A DNA stretch of 63,958 nucleotides, filler included, from Thraustochytrium aureum (lineage: Eukaryota): assembly GCA_012862495.1 (NCBI GenBank). It is 6 parts of 4 records of this genome, joined end to end, with 100 filler letters (N's around TTAATTAATTAA, not from the genome) between each part and the next. Parts side by side here need not be neighbours in the genome. Positions count along the whole stretch, not along the records: positions 1 to 30,744 come from BLSG01000452.1; 5 more parts are not named here. The stretch is one strand, 5' to 3'. The position numbers and the translations under genes are program-made. The notes beneath the pieces are model-generated. The model was not told where the DNA came from, did no database searches, and saw only the letters and a program-made list of their open reading frames with translations. The stretch's first letter is position 1; each line of letters opens with the position of its first letter. Shown piece by piece: positions 11,042 through 23,100 of the stretch.

Positions 11042-11653
11042 ATGGCGCCGGCCAAAAAGGGCAAGAAAGACGCTGTGGCGGAGGAGGAGGTGGCAGTCTG
11101 GGAGCCACAGTCTGGCTCTAGCGTGTTCCGAATTGCGATGGCACAGGGCGAGGCCGTCTACGAAGGCCAGTGGGTCGAGGTGCAGCGCGAGACGGCGCCC
11201 CTCGGGGTCGAAGATTCCAACGAGGCGCCACCTGCAGATGCGGCACTGCCAGTGTTGGAGGTAATTAAAGTGCAGCACGGATCTGGTGTGCTGCGGTTTC
11301 CCAGCGAGACGTTTGAAGGGACCTGGGAGCGGGGGCAGATGGTGGAAGGAAGGTACCAGTTTGCAGATGGCAAGGTCTACATCGGCGAGTTTGGGCCCGA
11401 TGGGCGTTTTCACGGCCGGGGCAAGCTCGAGGCGCCAGCGTTCGTGTACGAGGGCCAGTGGCAACACGGAAAATTTCACGGCATCGGGACATTAACACTT
11501 GTAGAGCAAGGTACTGTTTGGACCGGCCAGTTTGAACAGGGCCAGAGCGTTAGCGCCACTGGGCGAATGATTCTGTTGCCAGTTGACCCAAAGTCGCTGC
11601 CACACTCGCTAAGGTTTACTCTGGAGCCAGAGGAAGCGAAGAACGACGCATGA
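11042..11653 (+). CDS. MORN-repeat protein
   Basis: MAPAKKGKK start; repeated YEGQW / FEGTWERGQMVEGRYQFADGKVYIGEF / YEGQWQHGKFHGIGTL motifs. Confidence 0.85.
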   Translation: MAPAKKGKKDAVAEEEVAVWEPQSGSSVFRIAMAQGEAVYEGQWVEVQRETAPLGVEDSNEAPPADAALPVLEVIKVQHGSGVLRFPSETFEGTWERGQMVEGRYQFADGKVYIGEFGPDGRFHGRGKLEAPAFVYEGQWQHGKFHGIGTLTLVEQGTVWTGQFEQGQSVSATGRMILLPVDPKSLPHSLRFTLEPEEAKNDA

Positions 11654-11805
11654 TTTCATCGCCTGCGAGAAACAACAAACACAACAGAAATGAGTTTTTT
11701 TCTTCATCCAGATTTGCGCCACACGAGGCAAGCGCGACGCGCTCCCGCCTCACTCGGCCGCTCCCGGCTTGCTCAGTCGCTGCCGCCCCGCTGGGCCGCT
11801 CCCGT

Positions 11806-13242
11806 CTACAGAGTCGCTCGCTCCAGGTCGCGCTCCATGACTCCTACAAGCTCTGCCACACTCGTTGGCCCTCTAAGCGCCGCCTGCTCGACGCGACAAA
11901 GCGTAGCAGGCCGCAGAAGCGCCGCGCAAGGCGCCCACTGAAGATCTGCGTCCGAAGTACTGCCTGCAGCCAGCAGGACCTGCAGAGCGCCAGTGCCAGG
12001 GTCAAGCAGGACGCGAACTACGAGACCAGGCTCTGAGCCCGCGACCCGGATGTCCACGGGCAAACCAGGGCAGAGGACATCGTCTCGCGGAGCAGCCGCG
12101 CATGACGGCAAGCCCACCAGCAAACCATCAGCTTGGTCGACATCAGGTGCCGCGGGTAGCGACTGCTCCCGCGAACGAGTTGCGCAAGAGTGCAGCAATC
12201 GACTGGCGGGAGGCCACACCTGTAACGCCAGCGACGCCGCGAGCCCGGACAGAGTGTGAAGCTCTTGCCTTTTTCAGCACGGCCCCTTTGCTCCAGTCCG
12301 GGAATGGATCACCCTGCGTATGGGCTACAGCAGCGAGGTCGCGAACGGTTTGAGCAACCTCGAGGCTCTGCGCGATCTCGCTGCAGGCACCGACTGGGAC
12401 GGATTTCAAGCCGCCTTCGACCGGCAAACGGCCGAGCTTTGCCTGCATCGCACGCTTCTCGGCAAACAAGCCGGACTCGCGAGCGCTGGGATCGACGTAA
12501 CTGGCGAGCAGCGCAGTGCAAGACCCGTCCAGCCGGAACAGCGGACTTGGTCGGCAAGGGCCCGGCAGAGCTCGGAGCGGCGGTCTGCGGCTAGCAGCGC
12601 CGAGCCACGCTCCGGACCGAGAGCACCCAGAAGCTGGCGCTTGCGGAGCTTGAGCGTCTGCGTCTGGCAGCTGTCCTTGAAGTAGACGGCGAGCTCAAGC
12701 GCGTCTGCTGCCGTCGACCACTCGAAAAAGGTGAGCACCACGTCGGTCCCCTCCACTGTGCGGCCAGACTGGTATATGCGCACTCGGCCCTTGGGCTCGA
12801 CGTACATGCCCGCCTCCACGCGCTGTTTGGCAAGCTCGCGCAGCTTGGTCGGATCGCGCAAAGGAGCTCGCCTTGGCTGGCGCTCCAGGCGTTCTGCGGT
12901 CGGGCTGCCAGAGCTCTCCGAGGAGCTTTCCGGGGCACTTGCTGCCGCCTCGGCGACGAGAGACAAGCTAGCTTTCCGGTTGCGCTGAAACGCCGCGTCG
13001 CGCGCGCGCCGGCGGCGCTCCTGCTCCGTAAAGTCCAGCGTGGAGCGCTGCGCCGCAAGACGCTCGAGCAAGCGCCAATTCTCTCGTTCGATCTCTCGCA
13101 GCCCGCGGACCCTCGCCTTTCGCCGCGCCCCCTCCTTCGCCCCGTAGTACGCGGCCCCATCTCCGCCGCGCTGCGGCCGCCTGCCTCAGCCTGGGACCCC
13201 GTCCGGAGCGCGGCTTGCACGCGGCGCGCAATCCGCACATTC
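11806..13242 (-). CDS. Hypothetical protein with CFAP97/KIAA1430-like motif; broken by frameshifts, 5' end in gap
   Basis: Minus-strand frame at ~13140-13020 reads RRKARVRGLREIERENWRLLERLAAQRSTLD, and an upstream frame reads NVRIARRV. Protein-like text continues in the 12406..13071, 12143..12469 and 11806..12219 ORFs. Confidence 0.4.
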
Positions 13243-13640
13243 NNNNNNNNNNNNNNNNNNNNNNNNNNNNNNNNNNNNNNNNNNNNNNNNNNNNNNNNNN
13301 NNNNNNNNNNNNNNNNNNNNNNNNNNNNNNNNNNNNNNNNNNNNNNNNNNNNNNNNNNNNNNNNNNNNNNNNNNNNNNNNNNNNNNNNNNNNNNNNNNNN
13401 NNNNNNNNNNNNNNNNNNNNNNNNNNNNNNNNNNNNNNNNNNNNNNNNNNNNNNNNNNNNNNNNNNNNNNNNNNNNNNNNNNNNNNNNNNNNNNNNNNNN
13501 NNNNNNCAGGCAGGCAGGCAGGCAGGCAGGCACTCGTGACATCGAGCTCGGTGTGGGGCGGACACTGAGTGCGCGCGGACGTGGGACTTGGCGTGTGCAC
13601 GCACGCACACCTGCTGGGGTCCGCGCCGTTCCAGTTGTCT

Positions 13641-16600
13641 TCAGCACTCCGCGCGCGACGTGGCCTTGAGCGCCACTTGCGCGGCCTCCGCGATGATCGA
13701 GTCGGGGATGCCGGCGAGGCGCGCCACGTTCATGCCGTAGGAGCGGCCGGCGGCGCCGGGGATGGCCTTGTAGAGGAACACGACTTGGCTGTCCTCCGTC
13801 TCGACGAAGGACATGTGCGTGGCGGCAAGCTCGCGCGCTGGAAACTTGGCGACCATATCGACGAGCGAGGCGTAGTGCGTGATGAAGAGGCAGGGGCAGC
13901 GGAGCCGGGCGCAAATGTGCTGCAGAGCAGCCTTGGCGATCGCCAGGCCGTCGAGGCTCGAGGTGCCGCGGCCGACCTCGTCCGCGATGCAGAGCGTGTG
14001 GGCGGAGGCGCAGTTGAGAATGTTTGCGGTCTGGCGCATCTCGACGAGGAACGTGCTCATGCCTTGCATGGGGTCGTCCTTGACGCCCATGCGCACGCGG
14101 ACGCCGTGAAAGACGCCCAGGCGGCACCGATCGGCTGGCACAAAGCTACCGATCTGAGCGAGGACAACGCAGAGCGCCGAGGTTCGCACGAAGGTGCTCT
14201 TCCCGCCCATGTTTGGGCCGGTGACGAGGACGACGCGAGCCGCGTCAGAACGTCGCGGTTGGCGGGGTCCACGCCGAGCCGAATGTCGTTTGGCACGCAG
14301 GTCTCAGCCTCGAGCAGAGGGTGGCGCGCGTTGTCCGCATGAAGAAAGGCCGCGTCCCCATCGGGCGCGAGCTCGGGGCAGCAATACCCGGGGAGTGCCG
14401 CGACGGTAGCGAGGGCGTCCAGCGCGTCAAACGTGGCGACGGCCCGGCAAAAGGCCGCGGAGCGCCGCCCGGTTGGCCTTGGCGAAGCGCTCCAAGAGTG
14501 CCGCCCACGCCGCCTTGGACGCCGTGGCCAGCTCTTCGCGGCGGCAGGCGAGTTCCTCAAGGAGCCGCTCAGTGGTGGGCGTGACGTATCGTGCAAGTCT
14601 CTGCGTTGACGAAACCTCCTTCCAGTCGCGCGGAACGGCGGCGGAGCGCGGCAGCTCGACGAGGTACTCTAGCGTCGAGGTGGGGCCGGTGCGTAGCGAG
14701 CGGAACTGGAGCTGCGGCATCTTGAGCGTTCCCCTTACGCTTGCCAGTTCGTCTTTAAAGGCCGCGTGGAGCGCCTCGATCTCGCCGCGGATCGCGATCA
14801 CGTCGGGGTATGCAGCCCTGTCGACAAACATGGCCCCGAACTTGTTGCTGGCCGCCTCGGCGCGGTCAATCCCGCGCAACAGCTCGCGCAAGCCTCGACG
14901 CAACTCGCCTGCGCTNNNNNNNNNNNNNNNNNNNNNNNNNNNNNNNNNNNNNNNNNNNNNNNNNNNNNNNNNNNNNNNNNNNNNNNNNNNNNNNNNNNNN
15001 NNNNNNNNNNNNNNNNNNNNNNNNNNNNNNNNNNNNNNNNNNNNNNNNNNNNNNNNNNNNNNNNNNNNNNNNNNNNNNNNNNNNNNNNNNNNNNNNNNNN
15101 NNNNNNNNNNNNNNNNNNNNNNNNNNNNNNNNNNNNNNNNNNNNNNNNNNNNNNNNNNNNNNNNNNNNNNNNNNNNNNNNNNNNNNNNNNNNNNNNNNNN
15201 NNNNNNNNNNNNNNNNNNNNNNNNNNNNNNNNNNNNNNNNNNNNNNNNNNNNNNNNNNNNNNNNNNNNNNNNNNNNNNNNNNNNNNNNNNNNNNNNNNNN
15301 NNNNNNNNNNNNNNNNNNNNNNNNNNNNNNNNNNNNNNNNNNNNNNNNNNNNNNNNNNNNNNNNNNNNNNNNNNNNNNNNNNNNNNNNNNNNNNNNNNNN
15401 NNNNNNNNNNNNNNNNNNNNNNNNNNNNNNNNNNNNNNNNNNNNNNNNNNNNNNNNNNNNNNNNNNNNNNNNNNNNNNNNNNNNNNNNNNNNNNNNNNNN
15501 NNNNNNNNNNNNNNNNNNNNNNNNNNNNNNNNNNNNNNNNNNNNNNNNNNNNNNNNNNNNNNNNNNNNNNNNNNNNNNNNNNNNNNNNNNNNNNNNNNNN
15601 NNNNNNNNNNNNNNNNNNNNNNNNNNNNNNNNNNNNNNNNNNNNNNNNNNNNNNNNNNNNNNNNNNNNNNNNNNNNNNNNNNNNNNNNNNNNNNNNNNNN
15701 NNNNNNNNNNNNNNNNNNNNNNNNNNNNNNNNNNNNNNNNNNNNNNNNNNNNNNNNNNNNNNNNNNNNNNNNNNNNNNNNNCCGTTGTCGAGGTGGCCGC
15801 GAGTGAGTCGACGGGAAGGTCGGCGTCGTTCGCCACCATGGCTTGCTCGTGGTTCGCGGCAGGAGGGGACTCCGAATCGCCGGCGGGCTCGTCTGCGGCG
15901 CCTGTCGACGACGAGCGGGCTTTCTTGAACCAGCTCCGCTGCGCGCCGGCAGCGGGCTTGGTGGGAGTGTTGTCCTCGCTAGAGTCTGCGCGGCCGTCCA
16001 CCCTCGCCGCCATCAGCAGCGTCGAGTCTTCTAGGAACGTTGCGCGCGAATAGAGCCGCACGAGTTCGCGCTTGAAGAGTCGGCTCTTGGTCGTTGATTG
16101 CTTCTTGAGAGCAGCGGTCTCGGTCTGCGAGACGACGCCAACGAGGTGGCCGGCCTCCGCGAGCCGCCTCACATGAACGCCTACGCGGTGCGTTGGGAAG
16201 CTGGCCTGCATGAACGCCCCGCTCTTGAACGCGCCCATGCCCAGCACTTTGGCGGCTACAACTGCGTCTTGGCCAAACATCTTGTACTTGTACCCGCACT
16301 CCACGCAAAGGAGGACGTCGGGGTTGGCCTCCTTCAACTCCTTGACTTGCTGCTCAAGTGGCGTCAGCTTCTCCGGCGTTTCCTCGAGCTCTTCAAGATC
16401 CACATCGTCCTGGGCTTGCTGCACTTTGGCGGCTTCGTCGAGGGCCACCAGGCGCTCCATGAGCTCCCCCTTTTGAGCAGGCGCGGCTGGAGAGACCAGA
16501 GTCGCCGGAATTTGGTCGGAAGGCGTTTGCTTCGCTGCGCGGGGGGCTGGGCTGCCGACCCGTGGACGCTTCCGGCCGCTTGCCTTTCCCTCTCGTACAG

Positions 16601-16964
16601 CTTCCCGCTGCAGCGGCGACTTGCGAGCAGGCACAAAGTCCACTTCGTCCAGGTCGTCCTCGTCCGACACAAGGCAAATGGCCTCTCCCCCGGTTCCAAC
16701 CTTCACAGCCACCTCTCCGGGCTGCTCCAGCTTAACCCGAGTCCCTTCGTCCTCCACCAGTGGCGGCTCCTCGCCCGTTTGCATAGGCACGGCGGTGCCA
16801 GCCGGCGGCGTTGGCGACGCCGCAGAAGCCGAGTTCGGGGTCGTGGTCGTCCTGGTCGTCGAGGTCGTCGTCGTGGTCGTCGTCGTGGTCGGCAACGCGC
16901 CACGCGCACCGCCGGCAGCGCCGCCGAAATACTTTGAAAGCAGTTGCTGCCCGCCGCGAGCCAT
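13641..16964 (-). CDS. MSH3: DNA mismatch repair protein MSH3 (large N gap; frameshifts near 14455 and 14250)
   Basis: N-terminal PIP-box QQLLSKYF; KLTPLEQQ..VECGYKYKMFGQDA..ASFPTHR..GVVSQTETAALK (MSH3-type domain I). ATPase region ARHPLLE, TGPNMGGKST, STFLVEM, DEVGRGTS, LFITHY, RSYGMNVARLAG. Confidence 0.93.
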
Positions 16965-17679
16965 CCTGCCGCGCCGCTTCCGGAGCCTCGCGCGGCCGCT
17001 GCACGCCTGCTCTGCCGCGCGCGGATGCGGTCCTGCCAGGTCCTGCCAGTGCGCGGGCCGCCTCGTCGCTAGCGTACAGAGAACTGTGCATTGTGGCTAC
17101 CGAACTGAAAAGAACAAGAGGAACACATAGAAGAAACTCGACGCGCAAAGGAAGAGCTCTTTAGAGGTACAAAGAGCCTTTCGTTAAGGGAGCAGCGAGC
17201 CATTCTTCAATAGTGGAACAAAGAACGTTTCCCGGCGCGCCAAGCAAAAGGATCCGTTGGCGGCGGCAGTCTGGCAGAGCATTGACGCGCGAGCTGCGGT
17301 TGGCGCGCGAGGTTTGACGCCGGGCGCTGCCGCGACGCCATCGAGCTTTTGACGCGCGACAATTGGCGCGAGAGCTCNNNNNNNNNNNNNNNNNNNNNNN
17401 NNNNNNNNNNNNNNNNNNNNNNNNNNNNNNNNNNNNNNNNNNNNNNNNNNNNNNNNNNNNNNNNNNNNNNNNNNNNNNNNNNNNNNNNNNNNNNNNNNNN
17501 NNNNNNNNNNNNNNNNNNNNNNNNNNNNNNNNNNNNNNNNNNNNNNNNNNNNNNNNNNNNNNNNNNNNNNNNNNNNNNNNNNNNNNNNNNNNNNNNNNNN
17601 NNNNNNNNNNNNNNNNNNNNNNNNNNNNNNNNNNNNNNNNNNNNNNNNNNNNNNNNNNNNNNNNNNNNNNNNNNNNNNN

Positions 17680-18443
17680 GGGAGCTTGGGAGCTTGGCGA
17701 GCGCGAACGGACGGCGGAGATGGACGCGCTCAAGAAGGTGAGGATGCGCAACGCCGACGGCGAGGCGAGGACGTATTGGAAGGTGCCTGTGGACTCGAGG
17801 CAGACTCCGGAGAGGCTCGTGGGAATTGTGGGCGACGCGGTGTGGAAGTGGGCTGTGGCGAGGGAGATGGTTGGGCCGGAGATGAAGGGCGTCCTCGAGG
17901 CCGTATGGGACGAGATGGAGGGCCTGAGCGCGAATACGGGGGGGTGCAAAATGTGGCGCAACACGAACAAGCCCGCCTTCCCCTTCAAGGCCGTGTGCTA
18001 CTCAAAGACGCCAGCCACCTGCTCCCTGGGGTCAACGCCCAACCGTCTGTCGCGTCTCAAGTTCGAAGAGGCTTTGCGCGAGACCCTGCGGCTTTCCCTC
18101 AACTGGTGCCATGTCGATCTCTTGATGCGCGAAATCAACGCGCGAGCCCAGGCGCGCAAGGGTGGCTCCAAAGAGACGGTTTGCAAGGCTAGCTTTGTCG
18201 GCGCGCTTTGGATCGCACGTGAGCAAGATGGCCCTGCGTCACATGCTCGAAAACCCCTTCGAAAGCGCGACGCAGGTAAGCTTGGTCAATGCTTGCACGG
18301 TGCAGCGCGCCATGGTTCGCGAGCCGAGAACCCAAGTGATCCCCTCTGAACTTGACGAGCATGTCGAGCGTGATACCCGCCTTGAGAGCGACGATGCAAG
18401 CTCGCTCGGCCAGCTCTCCGTCATCGACGCCCAAGACCTCTAG
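17680..18443 (+). CDS. Hypothetical protein, 3' fragment (5' end in gap; probable frameshift near 18190)
   Basis: Open frame with GC3-rich, coding-like codon use from the gap edge, continuing in the 18162..18443 frame. No family recognised. Confidence 0.4.
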
Positions 18444-20187
18444 CGTACAGCAAAAAACAAAAAACACGAGAAACGGACGCAAACAGTGATCGAGTCGTCC
18501 AAAAGTCAGTTCAAAGAAGGTGGCGAAGTAAGAGCCTGACAAATGATGGATGGGCCTTTCGGCGTTGACACGAAGACATTCCAAGGGACGCAACTACGAT
18601 GCTGCACTGAATCACGACATCTCTCCGCGCGCGACAGATTGGGGGGGCACGACTTTGATTGAAAAGAAGAAAGAAACGGCGCTGCCGGACTTTATTGGTT
18701 CAGGCAGCACCGACAGGGACGTCTTGCTGCGCCACGAAAGAGGCTCGCTGAAAAGGCCAGCCCACGCGGAAGCCAAACGCACAGACTTTTCATTCTGCGC
18801 GCGACGGAGACCGCGCGCTGAAGAGCCCCCAGACCAGTCCCGCAGGAACTAAACTGACGAGCAAAAGGCTGACGATGGCGAGGTGCCTGACGTTCGATGT
18901 TGACAGGAAACGTCATCGGCGAACTTGTTGGCGATCACCCGCCGATCGCAATAGTTGCCCACCAACTTGAAGCAGCCTCTTGATGGAGCAGCCGGAGATA
19001 GCCAGACGAACCCATGCGTGCCCCAGCCACCAGTGGCCTCGATCACGAAGGGTAGCTAGGGGGAGCGCGACACCTTCGCTCCATGTTCGTTGACTCCTCC
19101 AGGCTCCCGAATCGCCGCGGCGCGGCCAACCTGCCCGCGCGGGCGAGGTAGTAGATGGCAGGACCGGGATCCCCGCGCTCGAGGTCCGCCGTCCGATGCG
19201 GCCGTTCCGATTGGGGAGTCCGCCGCCCACTCGATCTCACAGGTGCACAACGCAATTCAATCGCAATTCAATCGGCGGAGCAGTAGCAGGAGCAGCAGCA
19301 GAACAGACTCCCATCGGCGACCGCCGCGCGGCGTCGNNNNNNNNNNNNNNNNNNNNNNNNNNNNNNNNNNNNNNNNNNNNNNNNNNNNNNNNNNNNNNNN
19401 NNNNNNNNNNNNNNNNNNNNNNNNNNNNNNNNNNNNNNNNNNNNNNNNNNNNNNNNNNNNNNNNNNNNNNNNNNNNNNNNNNNNNNNNNNNNNNNNNNNN
19501 NNNNNNNNNNNNNNNNNNNNNNNNNNNNNNNNNNNNNNNNNNNNNNNNNNNNNNNNNNNNNNNNNNNNNNNNNNNNNNNNNNNNNNNNNNNNNNNNNNNN
19601 NNNNNNNNNNNNNNNNNNNNNNNNNNNNNNNNNNNNNNNNNNNNNNNNNNNNNNNNNNNNNNNNNNNNNNNNNNNNNNNNNNNNNNNNNNNNNNNNNNNN
19701 NNNNNNNNNNNNNNNNNNNNNNNNNNNNNNNNNNNNNNNNNNNNNNNNNNNNNNNNNNNNNNNNNNNNNNNNNNNNNNNNNNNNNNNNNNNNNNNNNNNN
19801 NNNNNNNNNNNNNNNNNNNNNNNNNNNNNNNNNNNNNNNNNNNNNNNNNNNNNNNNNNNNNNNNNNNNNNNNNNNNNNNNNNNNNNNNNNNNNNNNNNNN
19901 NNNNNNNNNNNNNNNNNNNNNNNNNNNNNNNNNNNNNNNNNNNNNNNNNNNNNNNNNNNNNNNNNNNNNNNNNNNNNNNNNNNNNNNNNNNNNNNNNNNN
20001 NNNNNNNNNNNNNNNNNNNNNNNNNNNNNNNNNNNNNNNNNNNNNNNNNNNNNNNNNNNNNNNNNNNNNNNNNNNNNNNNNNNNNNNNNNNNNNNNNNNN
20101 NNNNNNNNNNNNNNNNNNNNNNNNNNNNNNNNNNNNNNNNNNNNNNNNNNNNNNNNNNNNNNNNNNNNNNNNNNNNNNNNNNNNNNN

Positions 20188-23100
20188 GTGGCCGTCCTGT
20201 ACACATATGTAATAGTCGGGACCCTGGCGTGGGACCCGCGACCCACCGGGCGATTCGTGAACCAGTGCCGTGTTCGCAAGGAGGCGCAGGTCGTGGTGCT
20301 GCTTGTGACCTGGTGCGCTTGGCTGATTCCGCCACTAAACCCGGCCGTCAACGCGGTAGACTTGTACGCCTTCTCCAAGGCGAAGCAAGAACGCGACGTC
20401 TCCATCTACTTCGATTTCTGGCCGCGCGAACGGTACGCGTCGCTCAGCGACTCGTTGTATGTGGCCAGCCAATTTTACGGATTAATCTACTTGTTCAAGT
20501 GGATGCGGCTCGAGGCGCTCAAGCGTGAGCGGTTCCTCCGCCAGGTATTGAGCCTCTCCGACCTGCAGAGCGCCGCCACCGTTGACGAGCAGCGCGCCTT
20601 TGGACGCGTGCGCTCCCTGCGCGGACTTATCCCGCGCGTCGCCGCGTTTTACGTCGTGCTTCGTATAACGATGGGCCAGGCCTTCAACTACAGCATGGGG
20701 TGGGTCCCAGCGATCGCGTGGATCTCGGTCGCGCGCTTTTGCACTTCTGAAGCGGGCAGGCCGCTTTGTAGCGAGTATCCGGACAACGCGCGGGCAGCGT
20801 TTATCTCGCTCTTCTGCATCTGGGACATTGTCCTCATAAGCTGGGTGTTTGTCGAGTGGTGGCGAGCCAAGCGCGTGCTGTCGCTCTACTACCTCCTTCA
20901 GGGCCGCACCAACTTGATTTCGTTCGAGGCGCTGGTCGCTATCGTGGCCGTTCACTCGGCGGCCACCTTTTTGTTTGGCATCATCGTGGTGTCCGCCTCT
21001 CCCGCCAGCTTTGTCTTCTTCAGCGACCTCAACAACACGGGCGTCGCCGTCATCGGCAGTCTGCTCGGCATCGCGGTTCTGTCCTGGATGTCGATCACCT
21101 GCTACCTCTTCCTCCCGAGCGACCTCCAGCTCGCGCCGCAGTGCCTTCGGTGGCGCGGCGCGCTGGTCAAGGACCGCTCGCGGGCCGCGAGTGGAAGCAG
21201 CACGGCAAACGACCCATCCGACGACGATGCCGAGCGCGAGCGGGCGGCCAGAGAATTTCCGCAGCGCAAACTGCCAGTGCTTCGGTTCGGGCCGAGGCTG
21301 CTCCGGCCTCGCCGGTCCCGCCGCCAAGCGCAAACATACTACTACGTCAAGTCGTACGCCGAGTTTGTTCAGCCCGAAGCGCCAGTCGTGGCCCCGCTAA
21401 GCCCGCTCGGTGGGCTCACTCCCGTCGATGAGTCGGCTCACGGCGAGCCGGCCGCGGAAACGATCAGCCGGTGCCTGGCGCGGGGGTCAGGCAACATACT
21501 CAGTTTTGACGTTGCTGCGCTGTTGTGGAACTTTGCTCACACCGCGTACCTGACAGGGGACGCGGACAACCCGCAGTCCGACTCCGACGTGCTCTTGCTC
21601 GTCGAAGACGACCGTTTTGCGCTCATCGACCAGATCCACACGCGATCGTTCGGGATGTACTGCGCCATCTTCGCCTCGAAAGAGATGATCGTCGTCACCT
21701 TTCGCGGGAATGGCTCGCGGATCTGGGATTCGCTGCGCGACTTTTACGCCTCACCGCGCACAATGATCAGCCCCAAGGCGGAGGCCGAGGCGCTGGCTGA
21801 GGCCGAGGCGCAGGCGCACGCCTCGCCCGACCTGAGCGACAGCGTCGACAATAATGCGATGGACGCCGACCTGGAGCCAGGTTCGGAGCGAACAGAGTCT
21901 GACGTCGTTGGCGCCTCGAGCCGCCCAAAGCCATCTGGCGCCCGGGCGCGCGGGGTCAGCACGGCGAGCCGTGCCGGCGAGTTGTGCTCGTCCATTTGCA
22001 TTGCGCGGCCACCGCTTGGTGGGCTGACCTGTACCGGCGATACGCGAGCGTCGCAGGCNNNNNNNNNNNNNNNNNNNNNNNNNNNNNNNNNNNNNNNNNN
22101 NNNNNNNNNNNNNNNNNNNNNNNNNNNNNNNNNNNNNNNNNNNNNNNNNNNNNCAGCTCAAGCGGCCTGTGTTCGTGACAGGTCACGGTTGGGGGGCACC
22201 TTTGCGACAATGTGCGCTGGCGAAATCGCCGAGCAGGCTCGAGGGACGCCCGTGTCTGTGTACACATTTGGCTCGCCCCGGTTTTGCAACGCCGAGTACA
22301 GGGACTGGTACGCGGAGCGCGTGTTCAACCACTTTGACTTTGCCAACGTGTCGGACGAGCTGCACGGGCTGCAGTCTCCCGAGGCGTACTTCCAGCCCAA
22401 GCGACTGGCGCGCGTGGGTACGACCGTCATGATCGACAGCCTCGGCAATCTGGTCATCGACCCTGACTGGCTCGAGGTGCGCATCATGTGCAAGTCGAGG
22501 CGGAAGCGGTTTAACGGGCATGAGCCGCTTGCGTACACCTCGGGGCTGATCATGTGGGCGCAGCGCATGTACGGGCACAAGTACCGGCCCCTGTGGTCCT
22601 CGGGTCTGCACGAGATAAAGCTGGCGATGGCGCTCGAGGGCGACAAGCGGCCCGAGCAACACAGCTGGCAGACCAAGGTTGTCCGCAGCTACCTGGAGTC
22701 GTCGCAGGTCGGCCTTGGTCCTTTTATGGGCGGCGCCTGCATCCGCGTCAAGGTGCTGCGCATCACTGGGCTGCACGCCAAGACCTCGAGGTGCATCGTC
22801 TCGTGCGGTCCGCAGGGGATAAGTAGCTCGTTTTGGGAGGTGGGCACCACACCATCCGCCAACCTGCACGAGCGCAACACGCTGGCAGGCCTCAATTTGG
22901 TTTCCGCCTCCGACGAGGAAGCCGCAAAGCGCGACGGCCAGACCCAGCAAGAGCCCGCCGACAAATCGCTCACCCGGATGCAGAGCAAGTCCAACATGAT
23001 GGGGCTTGGCGTGGATGCAGACACCCTGGCAGCCATTACGGCGCGGTTTGCCGACTTTGGCGAGAGCGAGCCAATGCTCTTCGGCACCTTTCAAAAGCTG

